Source: Lama guanicoe (lineage: Eukaryota). Taken from it: a DNA stretch of 64,000 nucleotides. Both the position numbers and the translations under genes were made by a program. Where the stretch lies: contig MU054212.1 in the NCBI GenBank assembly GCA_013239625.1, positions 8,189,412 to 8,253,411 of the forward strand. Reading direction: 5' to 3'. Positions 35,942-47,036 of the stretch are shown piece after piece (within the stretch, counting starts at the first letter, position 1; the number at the start of each line of letters is the position of its first letter). The notes beneath the pieces are model-generated. The model worked only from the letters and a program-made list of their open reading frames with translations. It was not told the DNA's origin and made no database searches.

Positions 35942-38900
35942 GTAACCGGTCCTCCTGACCCTGTCTCGGGGAGCAGTGACAGGTGTAAGGGGTGAGACGA
36001 GCAGGGCCTGGGCTGGGGAGGGGACGGGATGGAACCAGTGGTTTCAGGCAAGTAAAAATGAAAGGGACCATTGGGGCAGATAAAATCAGGGGCCTATTAT
36101 GAGTAAAAGATGTTAAGTCACCAATCTCAACGTTGCACATAAAGACAGGACAGATGACTTAACCTCAGGTAAATGCAGGTGTGCAGGCCACCCCGCCCTG
36201 CCACCTCAGTGCCTAGCAGGAGCTCCAGGCTAGACCATGGCCATCTGCCCACCTCTAGCCAGTCTAGATGGTGCTTAAGGCATTAGGGGCTGTCTCCCTC
36301 CTTCCTTCCTTTCTTTCAGCAACTCTTGGTTAAGCCTGTCCTATGTGACAGACACTATGTTTGATGCTAATAATACAATGGCAGCAATATAGTGGCACCT
36401 TCCCTTCCCTGAAAGAACTTCCAGACGGCAGTCACACAGCATAGGCTGTTACACAAGCCAAAAAACCAACACTTCCCGCCAGAGCACTGAACACAGTGAT
36501 GGGGGATCAGAAAGGCCACACTCATAGAGAACTTTCCTTTTTATCTAGTATCCTTAGCATTACAGTAAATCTAGCTCTACTGCCTTTGCAGTTTTCAGTG
36601 TGAAAGCTTGGGTACGGTTTCTAACTAACAGCAGCGAATTTTGCCTAAGATTATACAGAGTTTAGAAGTAATAAGAAGCCGCCCCTCCTCCCCCTGAGTT
36701 GGGAGGAGAGTTTTACCCCGGCCCCTCCCACCCCAGGAGGGCAGCCTTTACATTCCAGGTCCTCAGGCTGTTCCCAGCCACTCACCCAGCCAATCCCAGT
36801 GATTAATCTGATTCTTGATGAGCCAGCAAGAGTCTGGGAACAGTTTTTGAGATAATTGTATATTTGCAAACAAGAATCTGGTCTGAAAGCAAGCAGTTGC
36901 TTAACTGGGGTGTTTCTTTACAACCTGGAACGCTTTCACGAAAAAAGTAAAACCGTAAGTCATCCGGTGGGTAGGACTTTGATTTAGAAACTGTGGACTG
37001 CTCTCATTCCCTGCCGGTTCTCTGCTGGAGCCCTTATACAATTTCCAGTAGTAAGTTCTTCTAAGGAAAACGGCAGTTAGGACAGCTGTGATCAGCCTTG
37101 GGCCACACGCCTGAGGCTCCCAGCAAGTCAGGGTGGACCTAACGTGCCTCAGGCGTGGGTCCAGGATACTTTGGATTTATAAACCTTTTTTCCTTAGGAA
37201 CTCAAATTCTTTGGATATCTTTATTATCTCATATTTCTTCATCTTCATCTGCCCCTACCACGCCCAGGTTCCCCACCCACCAACCCAAAGTAGAACCACG
37301 TGGGAACCTTGAGACCCTTCCTGCCCCGCCCTCCCTTACAGCCTTGCCCACCAGCCCCACCTCCTCTCCTTGGGGCTCTAGGCTCCCATTAGCTCTTGAG
37401 TCACACATACAGCCATCCATCCCCTCAGGACCCAGCCCTCTGTGATGCTTCAGCTAAATTGTCCTACCGTCCAGAACGGCACTCTGGAGAAGACTGAAAA
37501 GACAGAAGCACATTCCAATGGTCTTCCTCCTTCTGGTTGTAATTCCTTCATTATTTCAACAGCCTCACTCTCCCGGCCGCCCCTGACACATTCACATGGG
37601 GGAGGGGGCCTGCACCTCCCTGTGTCCCAGAGGGAAGGTGACGTTAGTGCTTCCTCCCTTCTGTCCCTGAAGCCTGCAGGCGCCCCTCTGAAGCTGGTGG
37701 GTAGCCACACGGGCACCACTGTATCGGAACTGAGGACACGAGGACAAGGGTGGGCTGAGTGAAAATGCCCGGGTCCCCGAGAGTGAATTACAGCCGTAAT
37801 AGAGAAAGTGACAAGCGCCGTAAACGTGAAGAATTCTCATTCACTTGGCCTCATGCCTTTCCTCGGGCAGGCTCCCCTGACGTGCTATGAAAGCACCACT
37901 GTGCTAGACAGTTTCAATGACAGAAATTAATCAAAAGACACAGGGGAGGAAAAGACATGACTGAAACAGTTAGGAACAGTTTCTGGGGAGTGGGTCAGCA
38001 AGCAGGCGGGGTGGTCACTGCTGCGATCAGGGGCCACGGGGTTGGGAGGTGGAGACTGGGCCGTGGTTAGCCCCCGCGGACAGTCTGTGGATCAGACTGG
38101 AAGGCTGAAGTGTGTGGACAGCTGAGCAGTGGGGAATTGGGAGAAGACAACTTGCCCTTGACTTTTCTCAAGGGTCCACCCTCCGTCTCCCCTCCTGCGC
38201 TTAGGCTCTTACTGTGACCTGTGAAAGACCCGGAGGCATCGGAGTGGGACTGTGAGAAAGGAATCCCATTTGCCAAATGATCTTTCATCATATGATTTAG
38301 CTCCTGTTGGTTTTTACTGGGGAATGTTATAGCTGCGTGTCTATTACCTGACGCGTCTAGGACAGCAGCCCAGACTGACTGGGGCTGGGTATTTCTACAG
38401 ACCCTCAGCTCTTCGTTCAGCGTAAGGACCACAGCACTGCAGAGGCAGACACACCTGGCTTCCATGGGTCAGAGCACCTAGAGACCCTTCTTGCCTGATA
38501 CGGGGGAGCCGGCAGACACCAGACACTTGAACTGCCATGGACTCATCTGCTGTCACCAGTGCAGGCTTGAGATGGGTTCTGTGGTCAAGTCTAGGGAGGG
38601 GGCTCTAGAATAAAGGGAGTTTTCTTTTCTCTGGATTTCAGGCTACTATTCACCTTCAGTTTTTACAAATATCGAGGCCATAGTATGTATTATCAGAAGT
38701 AATAGTTAAAAGTTAGCAACTGATCCTCCTTTGCTTTGTAAGCAGTTATGTGAGGGCATCACTGAGGTTAACTCTGAGGAAGAGCCTTGTCCTTGAGTCT
38801 CACCAGATGGATACACGTTTGCTAGGTGCACAAGGAGATGGACACTGTGTGTGCTCAGTACATGTTTGAATGAACCAGTAATGCCAGACAAATAACATGT

Positions 38901-39837
38901 GGAAAGGCCCCAAGTTACTGGAAAGAGAGAGAAGGAAATTTTCTATTCCAAATGTAATTTCTAAAAATTCTGTTAAGGGTGATTTTTAGTATACTGAAAG
39001 AGATTTCACCTCAGGAGGTCATGAAAGACTTAATTTACCTCCAAAAGATACTCTCTGCATACATATAAATGCTCAAAGGGTTAAAAAAAAAAAAACTCAA
39101 GGTGTTCTCGGACAGCAGGAAGAGGGGATGGTTTGGGCCTGTGTGCTGCTGCCGTGCCAGTGGGAGCGTGGCAGTCTGGGATCTGAGACCAGATCTGTCC
39201 ACACGCCTTTCGGTGTTCTTTCGGACCAGGTGATGGCTCTGTCCGACTCAGCCTCACCCGTCCCTCCCCTCCCTTCACAAGCACCAGCTGTGTAACCACC
39301 ATGAGATGCTGCACCGCCCCGGGAGGGCCCTGAACCAGCATCAAGGGAGAAGAAAGGGAGTGAGGGCTGTGTGGTGAGGGGCTGGAGCTCCCACATCTCC
39401 CCACCTTTCCTGTGATGTACTCGAAGCCAGAACCAGAGGCGTTAATGTGGATCCACTCAGCTGGCTTTTAGTCTTGCCCAGTTTTCCCTGTGCAGCCACG
39501 ACCCAGTCTCTGAGTAGAAGCATTTGTCTGGTTTGGCTCAGGGACATCTACAAAGGGGTCCAGACCTGAGGGCAGCTTCATGCAAGTGACATGAAGAAAG
39601 GAGGGTCCTCACAGCGCAGCTAAGGGAACCACGGTGCCAGCCTCTCCCCACCCCGCTCCCCCTTCTCATCTCCCCGCCCTGCAGGGGACGAACAAGTTAG
39701 GAGAAGATGTGCCCCGGCCCACGTGAGCGGACTCGGAGCCTGGGTGGAACGACCCCTGAGCCTCTGTTACAAACACTCAGCTGCTGGGGGGGGACTTGGG
39801 TGCTGCTGACGGTGGACATCTGGCCCAGGCTCCAGCG

Positions 39838-39907
39838 CCAGCAGCAGCAGCAGCAGCCTGTGTTTCTCCCCACCAGCAGCAGCAGCAGCAGCCTGTGTTT
39901 CTCCCCA
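39838..39907. repeat. Perfect 2 x 35-bp tandem duplication, unit C(CAG)6CCTGTGTTTCTCCCCA
   Basis: Copies at 39838-39872 and 39873-39907 are identical. Confidence 0.95.
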
Positions 39908-40035
39908 GACTTGCACATCGGTTCTTTTCACGTTTCTGTCTTTCCATTTCGGGTCTTTCTGCACAGGCACAGTTGGTCACTTACTTCTTATGCTGTATTT
40001 TTGAGGTTTTCTCTCGCACCTTTGCTCCCCTACAG

Positions 40036-40194
40036 GTACATTCATTAAAACTTGCCCTTGAAGGCGTGGAAAAGGAAAGGGATTTCTACTTCGGGAAGTT
40101 GAGAGAGATTGAGCTACTCTGCCAGGAGCACGGGCAGGAGAACGATGACCTCGTGCAGCGACTAATGGAAGTCCTCTACGCTTCGGAAGAGCAC
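40036..40194 (+). CDS. MAPRE2: MAPRE2 coding exon, 159 nt, EBH dimerisation domain
   Basis: ctcccctacag|GTA CAT...; VHSLKLALEGVEKERDFYFGKLREIELLCQEHGQENDDLVQRLMEVLYASEEH containing the EKERDFYF-KLR EBH signature; donor CAC|gtaagt. Confidence 0.98.
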
Positions 40195-42069
40195 GTAAGT
40201 GTGAGCAGAGCCCTCGGCTCTTAGGTTCTAAAGTGATGCTCTTGGTCAACGCGCGGTGAGGCCGTGCCCTCGGATACCGCCCTGGGACCTGAGTGAGAAG
40301 TACAGCTCGGCCAGTGCCTCTGATGTTCCCGGAGGAAGGAACATCATTATCCGCGTGGTCCACCGGCCCATGCTTATGGGACTTGCATCCATAAATCTGG
40401 GAAGAGATGGGTGGGTGACTGTGGGGGGGGGTAGTGGGGGTGGAATTGGGGGACTTTGAGAAAAACAGGTGTACACAGCCAGCTCTCCAGTGGTTTGCAC
40501 CTCCCTGAGCAGTAAGAACATGTGTAAGGATTCTGGTTTCTTCGTGCAAGATCAGACGGTGGTTAAAGGAGAAATGATCCTAGATGCTTTGCTCAGCCCC
40601 GTAAGTCCCACAACTGTCTGTTTTTACTTCATAGCTGGTTGTCTTGGTTACTCAGCACCAGCAGAGCCTCACTGTGGGACAGCCTTTTGTTGAAAAATAC
40701 TTCTCGAAGGCCTCCTCGGTGGGGCTGCCCTGCCCACCGGGGTTGCTACCCAGGTGTGACCAGGCGTGAGTGTGCCGAAGGGGGGGACCCAGGAGGTGGC
40801 TCTGTCCGGGGAGTGGCTGAGGAACAAGGCTGAAAAAGCAAGGGAGGGGGGAGGGGCAGGATAAATGGCAGAGGCGAGGCAGGTCACCCCGGGTCCCCAG
40901 ACACAGAGGGAGGGCCTGACCGGGCTTCACCCGCCAGAGGACCGCGCCGTGGAAGGTCAGGGAGCACGGGCCAGGCTGCAGGCGGCTCTCCTGCCCGGTG
41001 GAGGCTGCTGCAAGGGTGTGGTCTGTGTGACTGGGAGGCCTGCGGGGCATCTAAGCGCTCTGTGGTTGAGCTGCATGTGTGCTGGTATTTCCACTGAATG
41101 TAACAAGCCTTGAGCAAGTTGGCTTTGCCTCCTTTTCCCACTGAATACTGGGCAGATGTTTACTCCACGTAAGATTAAAATCCTAGCTCTGAAATCTTCT
41201 GAAACTGTCTGGAGTTTGGGGACTCTCCACCACCTTTTTCATTTGCCCTGGATACATACATAATTTTAAATCCTCTTTCTTGGTTAGCTCAGGCTGTAGA
41301 TCTTGAAGCCCTGGGAATCCGCCTGGTCAGGTTCGAGAGATGGTCCCAAATACCACTCTCAGTATTTTCAGATCAGATGGAAGAAATCAAAGGTTGGTTT
41401 GTGGTGTATCTGCACCACCTGAAGTGGCATTTATATGACACTCTGTACGTAGAGAGTGCTTTGTTGTCTTTCACGTGCGACGTGAATCATGGTTCTTCTC
41501 TTTGCGAGCCTGTCTGATGAAGGCTAAGTCCGCTGAGGTCGGCGCAGCGCCGTGAACCCGAGTGCACAGGGCTGGGTCCTGTCCAGGACCCGCCCACTCC
41601 CGGGAGCAAGGAGGCTTGCAGGACGGACTCTTCCCAGCCCTGCGCTGCCAGTGGGAGGAAAAGCCTTCTGATTCTAACCTCAAGCCGGGTCTTGTCCCAG
41701 GAAGGGAGTCCTTGTGTGGGAGCACCGTCAGGTGGACTCCAAGTTAAGAGTTGGCAGGGCCACTGAATTCCTGGCGAATGGCAGGTAGGGCTGCGCTTAA
41801 ACAAGAGCTCCTGCCTCCCGGGTGAGTCGTCTCCTGGGATGACTGCTCTCAGCTTCTGTTCTACCGTTTGTATCACCACCACCCCCAGCACGCTGCGGTC
41901 TGGATGCAGAGAGCCATTCTGGCAGTGTAGGGGCGCTTAATGCAGACACCCCAAAAGGATGTAATACTTCAGAGCATCATCAGTCATTGAGTCATGGGTT
42001 TAGCAGATCCTTTCCTCAGACTCTTGAGATGGGAGACAAGGGGGGAGGGCTTTATGATCATCAGCTCCT

Positions 42070-42470
42070 TTAATTTCTCTGGAGAATCCTATCAGGTTGA
42101 CACGGGTATTATCCCATTTTACAGGTGAGAGAAATAAGGCAGCAGAGGGGTTAAGTAACATTCCCAAGTGAATGAGCAGCAAATTTGCATCTGAACTCCT
42201 AGTCCTGAGTTCGTGCCCTTCCCCAAGCCTGAGCCGCCGTTTACATGGGGAACATACTAGTAGTAATGGCTAATGTTTGCTGAGCATTTAGCATGTGCTG
42301 GATATTACACTCCTGTTCCAGATACATTTCTCACCACATCCCTTTGTGGTGTGAGTACTGTTACTTATCTCCATTTTATAGATAAAATTACTTGCCCAAT
42401 AACATGTCCTTAATAAGCTCCATCACTACCTCACTGCCCAGGTTTCTCTAACTCAGAGCCCAAAATCTTA
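42070..42470 (-). mobile_element. Two adjacent MIR fragments
   Basis: attatcccattttacaggtgagagaaataaggcagcagaggggttaagtaac and tatctccattttatagata. Confidence 0.7.
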
Positions 42471-45469
42471 AGGACTGTGTTCCCTGCTTCTCAGTATATT
42501 GGGTGCCATGAGGAAGGGAAAAATAAAGGTGGTACCACTTGGGGGAAACTGCAGGATAGACTTTATCTAATTACCAATATTGAGTTGCATGTGTTCTGTG
42601 TGAGGAAGGATGTAGTCAAATTCCTACCTGGGTCTTCTGATAACTCCCTTCATCTCATTTTGTTGTTTGACACCTTTAAAAGTAAGTGTCCTGCCCTCTG
42701 TCTCTGGGCATTCATCTGTTCAATTTGGCATCCTCCAAGAACCTCCATTTTTCTTCTGGCTGGTAGCATCTCAAAACCCACCTTTGTTGTTCTCGCTGGC
42801 ACCATGTTGATCTCATCAAACAGAAACGTAGCGAGGAGGAGAAGGAGGCAGTGGCATCACTGCTGGGTGTATGCTAAGGGGTATGCAAAATCCAAGAAGA
42901 GATTTAGGGACAGTAACCAGGCAGCTGGAATCCGGAAGAGAAAACAGACTTAACACAACCAACATGTGTGTTAGCAGGACAAATCTTCTCCTGCAGTTGC
43001 TGCCTTAATTTTTCTAGTTCCAGGATAACTTCCAGTGCAACTCCGTGTCTGGACAACTCTGAAACACATCAGGCTGTGCTGAGTTTTCTATAGCGAATAG
43101 GCTGGAATATGCCAAGTGTCCTTTTTAGAATGTGACAGTTCCCATTGTCTAAAACTCTGGTTTCTACATCGAGAGAAGGGGAAGACTGCTGTGTGTCTGG
43201 ACACCGCGGGGCAGCCTCCATCCTCCGCGTGCGTGCACACGACCTTCTCACAGGGGTGGACCGGAGAGGCTCCCGAAGAGCTAGCCTACTCTGCCTTCTC
43301 TTCTCTTCCTAGAGGTTCAAGGAATAATCCTAGACGCCTTAGAGCCCTCAGGCGTGTGCCTGCCTCCCTCCCTGAGCATGAGCCCTGCTTCTGTGGCAGC
43401 CTCCCAGCTTGCCCAGGTTCTGCCGCTGAGGGAGTGAGCCTTTTGCAGGCTTCTCCCCATGCCCAGGAAAGGCATCACTTTACAAAAACATGCTCAGAGG
43501 TTGCTATGCCGTTGCACCTACTTCCCAAGCTCTCGGAGCCTCCTCCCCCACCCCACCCCCGTGCTTGACCTCGACACTGTGTCCTGTTTTCAGGTCATTC
43601 ACACACTCGAGTGCTGGGTGGACGTGCAGCCATGATGTGCATGGTGTCTGGGGGACGAATGTCAGTACTTTATTCATGATGCCGCTGGTATGACTTCTGT
43701 GCACATCTGAGAGGTAGAGACTTCTGGCTGCCTCCCTCCTGGAGGTGGGCGAGGTGCTGAGGAATCAAAGGCTGGATTGAGTGCCTGTTCTTCAGCTAAA
43801 CCCAGACGGCCCTGGCACTGACGCTTCAGGTGGAGGTATTTGCTGGAGAGACCTCCTCCCTCAGTCTTTATATTTTGTGACAGCTGCTCTTTGTTTCTTA
43901 TAGTCAAACAGTCCTGGAAGGTGTAGAAATCCAGATAAGAGTTCTGAGTGTGGAAGTAAACAGAGGCAATTCACTGTGCAATTGTAGAAACCAAATGGAA
44001 GTTTCCAGAGCAGGTGGCCAGCTAGATGTCCCATGCCTCTCTCTAGGATCCTCATCATCTTTTCCATTAATACTTAACTTGGGGCACAGGCGCCCGGACT
44101 TGGTCATTGATTAGCCGCTGCTCTGTGGGTCTTGTTGGCTGAGGAACACCTGCTGATAGACAGGCGCTTGTTTCCCAAGGTCCTGTCACAGAAGCCACTG
44201 TCAAATGACCTTGAGATCCTCCCCCAGTCAACCCATGTCTTTCGGATGCCGCCTGTGTTTCTGTCATTGGACGCAGCATCGGGTATATAGAAAGCAGACG
44301 CAGTTCCAGCCTTAGAAGAGCTTGCGGTCCCAGTGAGGGACCGACAGGGGCACCAGTAACTGGAATATGTCAGCTTGTGATAAATGCGATAATACAGACA
44401 TAAATAAACGTGTGTGGGGAGCACATCAAGACAGCCTGGAGGGACAGGCGAGAACTTCGCAGAGAAGCTGACATTTGTGCTGGATGTTGAAAGATGACTA
44501 GGAATGTGGACAGTTACAGAGCTGAGACCGGGGGAGTCTCTTTTCAGGCAGAGGAAGCAGCAGGACCAGAGCCGGGAGGAGAGAACAGCCCGCGCTCTGC
44601 GCTGGTGTGAGTGGTGGGAGCCTGTTACGCGGGAAGGTGGGCGCCACGGGGGCCAGGAGCCTCCCAGGAACCGCTTCTCCCTCCTTTGCCCCTGCTTTCC
44701 TCCCACAGTGGCCTGGAGCCTTCAGTTCTGTCTTCTAACGTGCTCCTTCTCCTAATGATCATCATGAGAATAAGGAGCTCCAGAGCAGTCACTCACAGCT
44801 AAACATTTAGGGAGCTGTGATGCACTGATGTGCAAATACTAGAATTCATTAAGTAGGTCTAGGCGTCCCGGTGCATTAGTCACACATCTGGCCTAGGCTT
44901 CGCCTGGCCTCCCCCTGACATGTGCATTTGAGTTCTTTGCTCCTGCACGGGGCGTAAGAGAAAGACTGTCTGTGCGTGAGGACCTACAGGGCACTGTGGG
45001 CTGGCAGCTCTTGGTGGTGACACGTAACAGCTGCCTGGGTTACAGTGTGTCCTGCTGGCCTTTCAGAGCGCCGTAATTTGCACCCCAAGCATTAACAGTA
45101 CACTGGTTAACCTGGGAAGTTTGCTCGGGTCTCTGAGGTCAGAAGACATTGTGGTTAAGGAATTAAGGAGCAAGGGGTCCTAGGATGATGTGGGCAGAGA
45201 GTAGGATATGGGCCTGCACGTTTCAGAGGTGCAGTTCTGGGTGTGACGGTAGGGTGTGGTCACGACCTGGGGAGAGCTAACGTTTATTAAGTAGCGTGCT
45301 TCCTGACACAAGTCTAGTAAGGGGCAGCGCTAGAACCTGCCCTTCAATTTGAACCTGCATCTTCAATACAATGTCACTTTCCACTGTGGCCATAGAAAAG
45401 ATTACTTTTTAAGAATCCTGTTAACTGATTGGAATATATTCTAGAAGTAAGCTCATCAAGAAATAACAC

Positions 45470-45750
45470 AGCTCACTTATATTATGTGCCAAACACTGTT
45501 CCAGGTACTTCACTGTTTCAACTCAGAGTCCTCTGTTGAATAATTCAGTGATTCCACTGATTCACTGATCAATGACACTCACTGAAAACTGTTAAATGGA
45601 CACAGAAGTACCCATTCTAGCCCCCATTTTACAGCTGAGAAAACCGAGGCGCAGAGCAGTTAAGTTACATACGCCGCTTGTAAGTAATGGAGCTGGGGTA
45701 TGAACTCTAGGTCCATGCTTATAACCTTGACCCTATACTGCCTCTCAGAA
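45470..45750 (-). mobile_element. MIR SINE with internal insertion
   Basis: tatgtgccaaacactgttcc...cccattttacagctgagaaaaccgaggcgcagagcagttaagt. Confidence 0.75.
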
Positions 45751-46961
45751 GACAAGCGGCCCGCGACCTTGGCTGACCGACTGGTAGTCTCGGTCGTGCA
45801 TTCTTGCACCCAGTCTGAGGTCTCGTTCTGGACACACATGCAGAGTTGTACAGGACACGACGTAGGACACAGAGGATGAGGCCACACAGTTGGAGACAGA
45901 CAAGATTACAAGTCAGAGCTGCATAGCAAGGAAGAAGCAGAGTGCTGCAGGAGAAGGGAGAGGGAGAATCCTTGGGTCTGGGGTGATGATCCTGCCGTAT
46001 TTGACTTAGACCTTGACGGGTGCGTCCTAGGCTAAAGGGAACAGGGGCCAGACAGGAGTGGGCGTGCAAAGTGCGAGAGGACACGGCGCATCTGTAGGTC
46101 CAGCGTACACTCCCAACTGCATCACAAAAGCACCGTGCATTCTGGAGGGAGCAGTCGCCGTACTGACTAGCCACCCTCCCTCTGCTTGGGTACTAAAGTA
46201 TTTTTGTGAGATCCAAAAATTAAAGAATGCGCAGCAGTGGCTGGCCAGGGTGGGTGATCCCCGGAGTTGGTGTTCGTGATGTGCTTCCCTGGGTTATAGG
46301 CAAATGAGTAAATAGGTCATTTGGAGCCAAGTAGAGGAACACCTCAACCATCAGAAAGTAAGCAAAAAAAGGCCTCACGTACTCAAAATCAAAGTCCCGA
46401 AGTCCTTGAGCTCCCGTGTTGAAGAAGCCAGCTGCTGGGGGCAGCCCGGAATTGGGGTTATTGTCCTTTGCTTAGCTGACCGCACTAACGAGCTGCTTCT
46501 CTGCATCAGTGAGTAACAGCTTATGACAAAGGGTCTACTTCAAGCAGACGTGTACCACGTGAGGACAGCGGGGCAGGAAACAGGAAGCCATGGGTCACAC
46601 CGCAGGGCCTGGGTCACAGCAGGCTTGCTCGTGGCCGTCATGAAGCTCTGGAGTCCTTACGTTTGGTTTGCTGTTTTACAGAGGGTGGGAAAGTATGGAA
46701 CATGTTCTGTGAGATGTCCTTCCAAAATGGCTAGAAGGAAAACGTGCATAGAGCCTGCTGGCTGTGCTCTAGAATGAGCTGCTCTTTGCTGGAGCGGGGA
46801 AGCGAAGGCATGCCTGTGTGCGCCTCGGCGAGGCACTCGCGTGGCTAAACACACGCTCTCCGCAGCCTGGAGATGCGGTGCTGCGCAGGGACGAGGGGGC
46901 GGGGGACACTGCAGGGCCTCCGGCAGTAGACTGAGCTGAAACCTCTCCCCCTGCCCCACAG

Positions 46962-47036
46962 GAGGGCCACCCGGAGGAGCCCGAGGCAGAGGAACAAGTC
47001 CACGAACAGCAGCCCCAGCAGCAGGAAGAGTACTGA
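46962..47036 (+). CDS. MAPRE2: MAPRE2 last coding exon (coding part, 75 nt including TGA), acidic tail ending EEY
   Basis: ctctccccctgccccacag|GAG GGC CAC...; EGHPEEPEAEEQVHEQQPQQQEEY then TGA at 47034-47036. EEY is the tubulin-like C-terminal motif of EB proteins. Confidence 0.96.
   Translation, partial: EGHPEEPEAEEQVHEQQPQQQEEY

Noticed and set aside
39697..40549. PolyQ/polyA/polyS ORFs and a 190-aa antisense ORF around the EBH exon
   Set aside because: By-products of the duplicated (CAG)6 and of the real exon read in other frames.
44104..44706. 200-aa minus-strand ORF
   Set aside because: Non-ATG start, no recognisable domain, GC-rich intron partly overlapping L2-like sequence; consistent with chance.
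46959..46964. NAGNAG alternative acceptors (CAG GAG here and at 10921-10926)
   Set aside because: Distal GAG acceptors are rarely used and the sequence gives no evidence of use.
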